Origin: a bacterium
GTDB taxonomy: Bacteria; Patescibacteriota; Minisyncoccia; Phycocordibacterales; JABMNX01
NCBI GenBank assembly: GCA_002687905.1
Contig: NZBM01000015.1
Span: forward strand, 2,811-66,810
Reading direction: 5' to 3'
Length of the DNA: 64,000 nt
Below, piece after piece: positions 30,587-39,746 of this stretch. Position 1 is the first letter of the stretch. The number at the start of each line of letters is the position of its first letter. The notes under the pieces are model-generated. The model was given only the letters and a program-made list of their open reading frames with translations, was not told the origin of the DNA and ran no database searches. The translations under genes and the position numbers were made by a program.

Positions 30587-31579
30587 ATGAAAAAATTACT
30601 AATAACAGGAGGAACTGGATCATTTGGCAATGCGGTTCTTCGTCGTTTTTTTAAAGACAAGTCAATTTCAGATATAACTATATTCAGTCGTGATGAATTG
30701 AAACAGCATGAGATGAGGCATCAGTTTAGCGATCCTCGAGTTCGTTTTATTGTAGGAGATGTTCGAGATCGAGACGCGGTCAAGGCAGCTGCAAAAGGAG
30801 TTGACTACATATTTCATGCAGCAGCACTAAAACATGTTCCAACAGGAGAGTATTTCCCAATGGAGCTTGTTCGCACTAATGTGCTTGGAACAGATAATGT
30901 TTTAACTGCCGCAGAAGAGAGTGGTGTCAAAAAAGTAGTAGTATTAAGCACTGACAAGGCAGCGTACCCGATTAACGCTATGGGTATGACTAAAGCACTT
31001 GCTGAAAAACTGATTGCTTCCCGAGCAAGGGATGCGAAAAATACCACATTTTGTGCAGTGCGTTATGGAAATGTGATGGCATCTCGCGGTTCGGTAATAC
31101 CTCTTTTTGTAGATCAGATAAAAAAAGGGAAGTCGGTAACAGTAACCGACCCAAATATGACAAGGTTTTTAATATCTCTTGATGATTCACTTGATCTGGT
31201 TGAGCTTGCGATAAAAAAAGGAAAGCCAGGCAACCTTTTCATAAAGAAAGCCCCTGCGGCAACGATGTCAGATTTAGCTCAAGCTCTCGTAAATATATTT
31301 GGTGCGAAAAATAAAGTAAAAGTCATTGGTACTCGTGCTGGGGAGAAGATTCATGAGACACTAGCAACAGCTTTTGAGCTCGCGACCTCTGAAGATCTTG
31401 GAGATTATTACCGAATTCAGGAGTCTGCGGCATTCGGCTATAGTCAGTTTTATAAAAAAGGTGCGGTGAATAAGGTAGATAACGACTATACCTCAGAGAC
31501 TACAGAGCGTTTAACGGTTCCCAAAATAGAGAAACTATTACGTTCACTTGATTACATAAAAGAGGAGCTAAAGAAGTAA
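30587..31579 (+). CDS. UDP-GlcNAc 4,6-dehydratase/epimerase (FnlA/CapE/WbjB-like)
   Basis: TGGTGSFG, SRDELKQ, HAAALKHVP, STDKAAYPINAMGMTK, RYGNVMASRGSVIP. Confidence 0.9.
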   Translation: MKKLLITGGTGSFGNAVLRRFFKDKSISDITIFSRDELKQHEMRHQFSDPRVRFIVGDVRDRDAVKAAAKGVDYIFHAAALKHVPTGEYFPMELVRTNVLGTDNVLTAAEESGVKKVVVLSTDKAAYPINAMGMTKALAEKLIASRARDAKNTTFCAVRYGNVMASRGSVIPLFVDQIKKGKSVTVTDPNMTRFLISLDDSLDLVELAIKKGKPGNLFIKKAPAATMSDLAQALVNIFGAKNKVKVIGTRAGEKIHETLATAFELATSEDLGDYYRIQESAAFGYSQFYKKGAVNKVDNDYTSETTERLTVPKIEKLLRSLDYIKEELKK

Positions 31580-31595
31580 TCTACAATACGAGAAT

Positions 31596-32696
31596 ATGAA
31601 AATTCTCTACATAGCAAATGCACGCATACCAACAGAGCGTGCGCACGGAGTACAAATTATGAAAATGTGTGAGGCATTTTCACAACTCGGCCATTATGTG
31701 GGACTCCTTGTTCCCCTTAGATTTAACCACATAAAAAAGGATCCATTTAGTTATTACTCAATAGACAAAATCTTTGGGATTTCAAGGATATTTTCCATAG
31801 ATTTGGTGAAATTTGGCAGAGTTGGCTTTCTTATTCAAGCACTCTCTTTTTCTATTAGTGTATTTTTTTACGCCTTATTTAAGAAGGTCGATATATATTA
31901 CGGAAGAGATGAAATACCGCTTTCTTTTGTAAGTATCTTAAGGAGAGATGTTATATGGGAGGCTCATATGCCTCGCTATAATCTATTTTCCAGATTTATT
32001 ATAAAGCGTTCAAAAATTTTAGTAGTAATATCAGATGGACTAAAGGATTTTTTTGTAAAAAAAGGTGTGCCAGAGAAAAAAATACTTGTAGCTCGTGATG
32101 GTGTAGATTTAGAAATTTTCAATTCCCTGCCTGAAAAAAATGAATGCAGAGAGCGACTATCGTTAAAGGACGATGAGAAAATAGTCCTTTACGCGGGTCA
32201 TTTATATGACTGGAAGGGTGTAGACATTCTTGCTGAAGCCGCCAAAGGGCTTCATGACTACACGGTCTATTTTGTAGGAGGTACGGATAAAGATATAAAA
32301 GCATTTAGAGAAAAATATACAGAAGTAGCCAATATAAAGACTATCGGCCACAGGGAGCCAAAAGAGATACCTCTCTGGCTTAAATCTGCAGATGTTTTGA
32401 TTCTTCCAAACTCCGGAAAGAGTGAAATCTCAAGGTATTATACTTCTCCTTTAAAACTCTTTGAGTATATGGCTTCAGGAGTTCCGATAGTTGCATCAAA
32501 CTTATCCTCAATTAGAGAAGTTTTAAATGAAGATAATGCGACATTGATTGAACCAGATAATAAGGAAGCTTTATCATCCGGAATAAAGGCGGTTTTCGAG
32601 AAAATGGATTTGTCTAAAAACCGATCCCAAAATGCTTTATTTGATGTTAAAGAGTGCGCGTGGTTAAAGCGTGCGGAAAGAATTTTAAACAGTTAA
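31596..32696 (+). CDS. Glycosyltransferase family 4
   Basis: WKGVD and SPLKLFEYMASG. Confidence 0.9.
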   Translation: MKILYIANARIPTERAHGVQIMKMCEAFSQLGHYVGLLVPLRFNHIKKDPFSYYSIDKIFGISRIFSIDLVKFGRVGFLIQALSFSISVFFYALFKKVDIYYGRDEIPLSFVSILRRDVIWEAHMPRYNLFSRFIIKRSKILVVISDGLKDFFVKKGVPEKKILVARDGVDLEIFNSLPEKNECRERLSLKDDEKIVLYAGHLYDWKGVDILAEAAKGLHDYTVYFVGGTDKDIKAFREKYTEVANIKTIGHREPKEIPLWLKSADVLILPNSGKSEISRYYTSPLKLFEYMASGVPIVASNLSSIREVLNEDNATLIEPDNKEALSSGIKAVFEKMDLSKNRSQNALFDVKECAWLKRAERILNS

Positions 32697-32698
32697 TT

Positions 32699-34063
32699 AT
32701 GAAAACTGTATTTATTATAATAACTAGAGGCTCTCTTGTAATGAATTTCTTTTTTTCTGGAGTGGCGAAGAAACTTCTTAACACCGGTGTTAAACTTATA
32801 GTCCTAAGTCCATTCAGCGAAAGAAAAGAGGTTTTTACTCCCTTCCAACATGAAAATCTCTACATTGAACCTCTACATGATTCTCCCCAAACGACACTCT
32901 CAAGAATCATGCTTGAGCTTCTGAAGGGTGCAATCTTTAACAAGACAATTCATACAAGGTATATCCACCGTATTACTGCGGCCGATTCTCCGCCTTCAAA
33001 ACTATGGTACTTACCAAGGATGCTTTTCTTTGCGCCGCTAAGACTTTTACCAGGTTTCAAGAACCTCATTCGTTTCTTTGATTTTCATCTACAACCACAG
33101 AGAGAAAATGATTACCTATTTGAAAAATATAAGCCGGATCTTGTATTTAGCACTACCCCAAACGGCGTTAGTGATGTCGGAGTTCTGAAGGGAGCGAAAC
33201 GTCACGGAGTAAAGACAATTGCTATGCCAAAGAGTTGGGATACACTTTCAAAGTTTCTCTTTAATACAAAAACAGACCGTCTTTTAGTCTGGAGTTCGTT
33301 TTCAAAGGAACAAGCGCTTAGGTATCAGGGATATAAGGACAGCGAAGTTTCTGTTACTGGTGCTCCTCAGTTTGATTACTATGCGCACAAGGAGAAGATT
33401 ATGGAGCGGGAGGAGTTTTTCAAGAAAAATGGCCTTGATCCAAAGAAGAGACTGATATTGTACGGTTCAACTGGAAGTAATTTGTGTTATGAATCACGCT
33501 ACGCTGATTTAATAAAGAAATATATTGACGAGGAATATCTTGGTAAAGCTCAGGTGTTAATCCGTCCGCATATTGCATATCTTGGAGATGGTGAGCAGTT
33601 TAAACAGCTCAACAAGTACCCTGACTTTGTAGTTGATAAGCAGGAAAAGCAGGACTCGCGGTTTAAGGATAACTGGGATATTTCAGAGGAATACCTGTCT
33701 CATCTCTTTAATTCACTTTCACACGCCGATGTCTGTGTGAATGTTGCGTCTACTCTCACCATTGATGCGACGATGTGTGGTACGCCGGTTATAAACATAA
33801 ACTTTGATTTTCCAGATATAAAGAAAGACATGTCTGTTAAGAGACTCTATAAGTCTGATTATGTAGATGAGATTACAAGCTTTGGCGCTACTTGGGTAGT
33901 AAAGAGTGAGGAAGAGTACCTGAATGCATTAAAAGAGGTAGTTGTGGAAGGAAAGAGAAAAGATGAAGAGATGAAGAAACTTATTAAGCATTTTGCTTGC
34001 GCAAATGACGGGAGGGCAGCAGAGAGGATAGCTAATGCGACATTGAATATGCTAAAAAACTAG
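32699..34063 (+). CDS. GT-B-fold transferase (CDP-glycerol glycerophosphotransferase-like or ulosonate transferase-like)
   Basis: KPDLVFST, KSWD, TGAPQFD, IRPH, STLTIDA, DGRAAERI; paralogous to 56058. Confidence 0.65.
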   Translation: MKTVFIIITRGSLVMNFFFSGVAKKLLNTGVKLIVLSPFSERKEVFTPFQHENLYIEPLHDSPQTTLSRIMLELLKGAIFNKTIHTRYIHRITAADSPPSKLWYLPRMLFFAPLRLLPGFKNLIRFFDFHLQPQRENDYLFEKYKPDLVFSTTPNGVSDVGVLKGAKRHGVKTIAMPKSWDTLSKFLFNTKTDRLLVWSSFSKEQALRYQGYKDSEVSVTGAPQFDYYAHKEKIMEREEFFKKNGLDPKKRLILYGSTGSNLCYESRYADLIKKYIDEEYLGKAQVLIRPHIAYLGDGEQFKQLNKYPDFVVDKQEKQDSRFKDNWDISEEYLSHLFNSLSHADVCVNVASTLTIDATMCGTPVININFDFPDIKKDMSVKRLYKSDYVDEITSFGATWVVKSEEEYLNALKEVVVEGKRKDEEMKKLIKHFACANDGRAAERIANATLNMLKN

Positions 34064-34064
34064 T

Positions 34065-35033
34065 ATGAGCGATTTCGACACATTTAAAGACAGGATGGTT
34101 GTTATAACGGGTTTTTCAAAGTCTGGGACCACCCTATTACAATCACTTCTCGATTATCATCCAGAATTAGTGGTCTATCCGGAGGAATTTAAGTACTTCA
34201 AAAGGGTTTTTATACAAGGGTACTGCTCGCTTGAAGAGGGCAAGGAGGAAGTAATGAAGCTTCCCGATCAATTCACCCTTGGTCAGAGCGGCGGCGCGGC
34301 AGCAGAGAGGAAGCGCGACTATTCTGATCTTGATCTAAAGTTTTTCAAGAAACGACTAGAAGAATTAGTGGGAAAAGCCAAGACGCATAAAGAAGTGTTT
34401 CTTGCATATATTGAAGCTTTCTACGAGACTCTTAGGAAGTCAGATCGTTTTCCAAAAGGAGTAAAAAAAGCTTGGGTTATCAAAAGACCAAGCGACTACT
34501 ACCTATTTCACCGCTACAAGGAGTGGTTTAATCCGGATAATGTTATATGGATCCATCTCAGAAGAGACCCATATGATAATTTTGGAAGTATTCACTTAAG
34601 TAAGACCATAAATCGCTCAGGGAAGTGGACACCGAGACACTTTGCCCCCGACTGGCTTTTATCAGAGCTTTTCTCCAGGAAGCTTAAGAAAGAATTTAAA
34701 AATTTTCACATTGTTAACTACGAAGATTTAGCAGGTCAGCCTGAGGAGACGATGAGAAGGATCGCAGGTGTTATTGGGATTGATTTTAATGAATCACTAC
34801 TTCAGCCGACACTAAATGGACATCAGTGGGATGGAAACTCGGCTCACGGCACAGTTTTTGTTGGTGTATCGAATGATTCTGTTGGTAAAGCTTCTAGGAG
34901 GCTTGCAGATGAGGTGAGACTTCTCGCGAAAAAGGAACTAAGGAGTTTCAGAAATAAAGTTGTCGCTTGGTGGAGGTATTTAAGGATGATGTTCCACCGG
35001 CATTTTCCCGGGAAGAGGAATAAATTTTATTAA
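34065..35033 (+). CDS. Sulfotransferase family protein
   Basis: PAPS-binding GFSKSGTTLL..LLDYHP, RDP....S, YEDL...PE. Confidence 0.85.
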   Translation: MSDFDTFKDRMVVITGFSKSGTTLLQSLLDYHPELVVYPEEFKYFKRVFIQGYCSLEEGKEEVMKLPDQFTLGQSGGAAAERKRDYSDLDLKFFKKRLEELVGKAKTHKEVFLAYIEAFYETLRKSDRFPKGVKKAWVIKRPSDYYLFHRYKEWFNPDNVIWIHLRRDPYDNFGSIHLSKTINRSGKWTPRHFAPDWLLSELFSRKLKKEFKNFHIVNYEDLAGQPEETMRRIAGVIGIDFNESLLQPTLNGHQWDGNSAHGTVFVGVSNDSVGKASRRLADEVRLLAKKELRSFRNKVVAWWRYLRMMFHRHFPGKRNKFY

Positions 35034-35069
35034 TTGCAGAGCATTAGAGTTTGTGTAGAATAGGGAACC

Positions 35070-35831
35070 ATGAAATTAAAAACCGCTAGAGGTTATTCAA
35101 TAAAAAAGCTTAGAAAGATTTGCCAGAGTACTGCTCCAAATCCTGCAAGAGAAAGCAAGGTAGGGCTTTTCACAAGAATCTTTTCCATATACTTCACGAA
35201 GTTGTTTCTATATACGCCACTTACCCCTAATCAGATTACGGTAATAGGGATGTCCACATACTTTGTGGGTATCGGTTTTTTATTTTTTAACGAGCCAATT
35301 TATAACGCTATAGCTGTATTTCTTGTATTTATGTCGATTGTTTTTGATGGCTGTGATGGTGAAGTGGCTCGTTTCCGAGAAAGCAGTAGCGCAGTTGGAA
35401 ACCTCTACGCTGAGCCAGTGAGTCACGACATACAGTACGGAGTATCTTTCTTTTTGGTTGGTATTGCAGTGTATTTAGGAAGTGGTGATGTGGTTCATAT
35501 AATCCTTGGTGCCGTCGCAGGTATCAGCAAACTTTTATTCAGGCTCCTTGAGATAAGGACTTGGTATTTGACTCAAAGTGTAAAAATAAAGGAGGAGGAA
35601 ATAGAGAAGCTAAAGCAGGAATACGAGGATCTGCCGGCTTACAAGAGGCTTGTCTATTGGACTAAACAGAATTTGTTCACTCAAAACGGGATTCTTCTCG
35701 TTCTCTTTCTTGTCACAATAGTAAATCGTGTTGATCTACTTTTGTGGTTCTTTGGTGTAGGGAACTTAATCTTTTGGATACTTCTGTTTGGTAAAAAAAC
35801 CTACGAGCTTTCAAAGAATCCTCCAGGGTAA
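35070..35831 (+). CDS. CDP-alcohol phosphotransferase family protein
   Basis: TPNQIT, DGCDGEVAR, multiple TMs. Confidence 0.85.
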   Translation: MKLKTARGYSIKKLRKICQSTAPNPARESKVGLFTRIFSIYFTKLFLYTPLTPNQITVIGMSTYFVGIGFLFFNEPIYNAIAVFLVFMSIVFDGCDGEVARFRESSSAVGNLYAEPVSHDIQYGVSFFLVGIAVYLGSGDVVHIILGAVAGISKLLFRLLEIRTWYLTQSVKIKEEEIEKLKQEYEDLPAYKRLVYWTKQNLFTQNGILLVLFLVTIVNRVDLLLWFFGVGNLIFWILLFGKKTYELSKNPPG

Positions 35832-35868
35832 ATTTGTACAAAAATTAGTTGAGCTTTTGATGGGGTTC

Positions 35869-35897
35869 TTGACCTACTATATTTTTAATGGTAAAAA
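35869..35897 (+). promoter_or_regulatory. Internal sigma70 promoter of cassette D
   Basis: TTGACC-17 nt-TAAAAA with an extended -10 TG. Confidence 0.5.
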
Positions 35898-35957
35898 TTG
35901 CTGAGAATCTTAACCGAAACCTGCGCATGCGAGCGCCAGTTACGAAGGGAAATGGCT

Positions 35958-37001
35958 ATGAAGAGGCAACTAAGAGTAGGAATTGTCGGGACAGGAAAGA
36001 TGGCGAAAATCCGTGCCGAAGTCATGTCCGGGATAGAGGATGTAACAATGATTGCCGTCGCTCACGGTAGTCCCGAAGCAGACAGAACCATGCGCCTGGT
36101 CGCTTTTGCACGGCAACATGGAATCTCGGATCTGGACAAGTGGAGTATAGGCGACCTTGAGGACGCCGGGCTAGACGCTCTGGTGGTCTGCTCCACAGCT
36201 GAGACCCACTGCGATATCATCGAGGAGGCGGCAAAAGCCGGAGTCCCGTACATTTTCTGCGAGAAGCCCTTTGGGGTGGCAATTCCAGAGATCGATCGTG
36301 CGCTCATTGCGCTTGATGCACACGATGCAAAGCTCCAGGTCGGCTTCAATCGTCGGTTTGATCCGCATTTCCTCGAACTACACGAAAAGGTTCGTGGAGC
36401 TGTTCGGCATCTCGAGATTGTGAGTCTTGACCCGGCGCCGCCATCGCTCGAAAACCTCACTCAGGATCGCGCTCTGATCAGTGAGACCATGGTGCATGAT
36501 TTTGATACCGCATTGTGGTTTCTTGGTGACGGAGTGGACTGCATCTCTGTCCGGGAATCCTGCAAGAATCAGGATCTCAAAAGGGCGGAGCTGTATCAGA
36601 TTGATGCGGCGGTGGCGCTTCTGGGTTTTGAAGACGGTGAGACCTGTACTATCAGGAATCATTGGGGGTCTCCAACCGGGTATCGGCAGGAGATTCGCAT
36701 CTGTGACTCAAACTACGAGGTGTGGGTCACGAATTCCTCGGACAACGGAACAAGTTGGCTGGTTGGAGTTTGTCGTATGCAGTCCGCAGCCCTTCATAAA
36801 GGGTTTCAGGATCGGTATGCGGAATCATACGTTCTGGAGATTCTGGCCTTCCTCAGAAGTGTTCGGGAAGGAGGAGAGATCTCTTCGGGGACTGCCGAAC
36901 AGGCTCGTCAGGTAGCGGTTCTTGTGGATTGCGCACGTGAGTCAGCGTACCTGCATGGCAAGAGTTTCAACCCTCTTGTACAGAACCATGTTGCAGCATG
37001 A
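35958..37001 (+). CDS. Gfo/Idh/MocA oxidoreductase (myo-inositol 2-dehydrogenase-like), SD-led cassette D
   Basis: GIVGTGKMA, IFCEKP, QVGFNRRFDP, SLDPAPP, ETMVHDFD, GFQDRYAESY. GAAGGGA lies 7 nt before ATG 35958. Confidence 0.85.
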   Translation: MKRQLRVGIVGTGKMAKIRAEVMSGIEDVTMIAVAHGSPEADRTMRLVAFARQHGISDLDKWSIGDLEDAGLDALVVCSTAETHCDIIEEAAKAGVPYIFCEKPFGVAIPEIDRALIALDAHDAKLQVGFNRRFDPHFLELHEKVRGAVRHLEIVSLDPAPPSLENLTQDRALISETMVHDFDTALWFLGDGVDCISVRESCKNQDLKRAELYQIDAAVALLGFEDGETCTIRNHWGSPTGYRQEIRICDSNYEVWVTNSSDNGTSWLVGVCRMQSAALHKGFQDRYAESYVLEILAFLRSVREGGEISSGTAEQARQVAVLVDCARESAYLHGKSFNPLVQNHVAA

Positions 37002-37010
37002 GCTATTCAG

Positions 37011-37038
37011 GGGCGGCACGGATGCATCCGTGCCGCCC
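37011..37038 (+). terminator. Perfect 28-bp palindromic hairpin after cassette D
   Basis: GGGCGGCACGGATG|CATCCGTGCCGCCC followed by TATCTTTTTC. Confidence 0.75.
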
Positions 37039-37080
37039 TATCTTTTTCAATATTCAAAAATAATGATATAGCTTAATTAT

Positions 37081-37830
37081 ATGCAAGGAATAATATTGGC
37101 AGCGGGATCCGGCACTAGACTAGATCATTTAACTAAAGAGGCACCCAAAGCGCTTATTAGGGTTGGGGAAAGGACGCTTGTTGACTACGCAATTGCCTTT
37201 TTAAATGCGGTTGGTATTGAGGATATTGTGGTTGTTGGAGGAGTGCATTTTGAACAGATTAGAGAGTGTGTGGAGTCATTAGGTAAAGGAATCCGGATAG
37301 TAGAGAACAAAGAGTATAAGAAAGAGTCACTTAGTAGTCTTCAAACAGCGTTACCTCATGTCTCCGGATCATTTCTGCAGATTGATGTGGATTTTATATA
37401 CACATGGGATATTGCAGAGAAAGTTAAGGCGCAACTTAAAGGAAAGGGAATTAAAGCAATTTGTACATCTGACAAAAGAGCAATACCGGAGGACATGGTC
37501 AAGGTGAGTGTTGATGGAGATTTAAAAGTTACAGATATGGAGAAAGACCTCCCAGAATTTAGCTATGGCTATATTGGGATGTTTTATTGCGAGAAGAAGT
37601 CTTTGCCACTTTTACGTGAGCAGACAGAAAAGATACTTGAGGATGCTGGGGAGAGTGGCGCAAAGATGTGGAAAGCGCTCACAACAGTAGCTGAGAGGAC
37701 TGGAGAGGTTCATGTGGGGGATATAGGAGACTTTGATGCAGTTGAGGTTGATACTCCAAAAGAGCGGCAAGAAGCAGAGAAATTTATAAAACGAAATCAG
37801 AAGAGTGTCAATCGCTATTTTGTGGTGTAG
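37081..37830 (+). CDS. NTP transferase (LicC/IPCT-like cytidylyltransferase)
   Basis: IILAAGSGTRL, PKAL, EVDTPKE. Confidence 0.85.
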   Translation: MQGIILAAGSGTRLDHLTKEAPKALIRVGERTLVDYAIAFLNAVGIEDIVVVGGVHFEQIRECVESLGKGIRIVENKEYKKESLSSLQTALPHVSGSFLQIDVDFIYTWDIAEKVKAQLKGKGIKAICTSDKRAIPEDMVKVSVDGDLKVTDMEKDLPEFSYGYIGMFYCEKKSLPLLREQTEKILEDAGESGAKMWKALTTVAERTGEVHVGDIGDFDAVEVDTPKERQEAEKFIKRNQKSVNRYFVV

Positions 37831-37869
37831 TTTGTTACCATCTGTATGAGCAAATAATCATATTAGACG

Positions 37870-39744
37870 ATGACACAAAAAGTTGATACTGCGGTGGTTC
37901 TAGCTGCCGGAAAAGGGAAAAGGCTTGACGTATTTGAGACACCAAAACCTCTATTAAAAATTGGTGGCAAATCTCTCATTGTTCACACTCTTGATAATCT
38001 CAAAAAGGCGGGAATCAAGAATGTCTTTATTGTTATACGAAAGGGGGATTTTGTACAAAAGAGGGAGTTGATAGACTATCCCTTAAATATAGAATTTATA
38101 GAACAAACTTCTGGAAGACGAGGAATGCTTGACTCCATGCTTTCTCTTGAAGGGAAAATAGACAAACCTTTTTATGTAACGGTATCAGACCTTATTCTTT
38201 CTCATAATCCATACAAGATGTTTGTGGACTGCGGGGTAGCTGGTAGCGCTGACACAGGCGCTCTAGTCTGTTTTGATAGCAGACAAAATAAAGAATCTGG
38301 TGCAAATACGAAAGTTTTAGCCAGGGACGGTGTTATAAGGGAGATAAGTTCACGACTACCTTCGTATAACGCACTTGATCTTGGGATTTATTATTTCTCA
38401 CCAAAGGCGCACAAGAGTATATGTGCGCTAGCTAAGAAAGATAAAACCATCAGCTCTGTCCCCCAGTTTTTTGTTGTTTACAGTCAGAAGGAGAAGATAC
38501 GTTCTGTCGAGTATTCTGGGGATGCCTGGTTTGATGTAAATATTCCAAAAACTTTTATTCGCGCAGAGCTATATTTAGGGGAAGAAAACAGCGCAGAGTC
38601 AGGTGAAAGCAAAAAAGAGCGCACTAGCCTTAAGAATTTACCCAAGACTGTGCTACTTCATAACAAAAAGGAGACCGTTACAGACATCACTGTTAAAAGA
38701 AATATACTAGAGCGTCTTGATGAATATGAGGTTATACCCTCAGAGTCATACAATTCTCCTCACCATATAATAGTAGACGAAAGCATAGATTCGTTTTTGG
38801 GAAAGCCAATCTTGGATAAACTACTTTCTCTTGGGTATAAGGTTTATAAGCACACAGTAAAAGCAGGTGAAAATGCAAAAAGTATAAATAGCTACGTCAA
38901 ACTATCAGAGGAAATTCTGAACAAGGGAATTGATAAGAAATCAACAATAATTTCAATAGGAGGAGGTTCTGTAAAAGACATGGGGGGCTTTCTTGCTTCG
39001 ACACTCTATAGGGGTATTGGCTTTATAAGCATACCAACAACCATCCTCTCGCAGGCTGATGCCGCAATCGCTCTTAAGCAGGGAGTAAACGGAGGCGATG
39101 GAAAAAATCTTATAGGTTCTTGGTATGCTCCCCTTAAAATAATTGTTGATCCAGCCACAATACTTAAGCTTGATGAGAGGTGGGTAAGCGACGGGCTTGC
39201 TGAGTGTATAAAACAAGGATTTGCCTACGACAAGAAGCTATACAATTTACTCAAAGGCTATAAGGGTGACATGAAAGACCTCGATTTTCTTGAAAGTGTG
39301 CTTAAGCTAGCGATTGAGGATAAGGTAAGGACCATAGAGGAGGACCTTCATGAAGATAAAATAGCTCTGGTCAACCAATATGGGCATGAGTTTGGCCACG
39401 CCGTTGAACACCTTTCTGGGTATGCGTATGGACACGGCGAGTCTGTGGCCATAGGTATGAGAGTGTCAGCGGAGCTCTCTTACATTTTGGGAATATGCGA
39501 TCGTGGTGTGGTTGATGCACACATTGAGCTTCTTGAGAAATACAATCTACCCCATCAGGTGCCTAAAGTTATTAGCCCAGAGGATATATTAAATTCTCTT
39601 AAGTACAATAAAAAGTACTACAGTGGAGAGCCGCGCTTTGTTCTTGTCGACAAGATAGGGTCAGTCTGGAGAGACAAGACATACTACACAGTTAATTGCA
39701 GGGACGAATTCATAAAGCAAGCCGTCGAGGCGAGTTACAACTAA
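37870..39744 (+). CDS. Fusion of an N-terminal NTP transferase and a C-terminal sugar-phosphate cyclase (DHQS superfamily, 2-deoxy-scyllo-inosose synthase-like)
   Basis: VVLAAGKGKRL..PKPLL at the N-terminus; GGGSVKD, PTTILSQAD, LKQGVN, GKNLIG, YGHEFGHAVE, HGESVAIGM in the C-terminal half. Confidence 0.82.
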   Translation: MTQKVDTAVVLAAGKGKRLDVFETPKPLLKIGGKSLIVHTLDNLKKAGIKNVFIVIRKGDFVQKRELIDYPLNIEFIEQTSGRRGMLDSMLSLEGKIDKPFYVTVSDLILSHNPYKMFVDCGVAGSADTGALVCFDSRQNKESGANTKVLARDGVIREISSRLPSYNALDLGIYYFSPKAHKSICALAKKDKTISSVPQFFVVYSQKEKIRSVEYSGDAWFDVNIPKTFIRAELYLGEENSAESGESKKERTSLKNLPKTVLLHNKKETVTDITVKRNILERLDEYEVIPSESYNSPHHIIVDESIDSFLGKPILDKLLSLGYKVYKHTVKAGENAKSINSYVKLSEEILNKGIDKKSTIISIGGGSVKDMGGFLASTLYRGIGFISIPTTILSQADAAIALKQGVNGGDGKNLIGSWYAPLKIIVDPATILKLDERWVSDGLAECIKQGFAYDKKLYNLLKGYKGDMKDLDFLESVLKLAIEDKVRTIEEDLHEDKIALVNQYGHEFGHAVEHLSGYAYGHGESVAIGMRVSAELSYILGICDRGVVDAHIELLEKYNLPHQVPKVISPEDILNSLKYNKKYYSGEPRFVLVDKIGSVWRDKTYYTVNCRDEFIKQAVEASYN

Positions 39745-39746
39745 TT

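Noticed and set aside
10230-35860. TTGAGCTTTTGA 12-mer at 10230 and 35849, near cassette edges
   Set aside because: Only two copies of an AT-rich word, on different sides of the cassettes; not distinguishable from chance by eye.
38660-39744. Housekeeping aroB (shikimate pathway)
   Set aside because: KQGVN and QYGHE signatures, fusion to a nucleotidyltransferase, and no other aro genes nearby.
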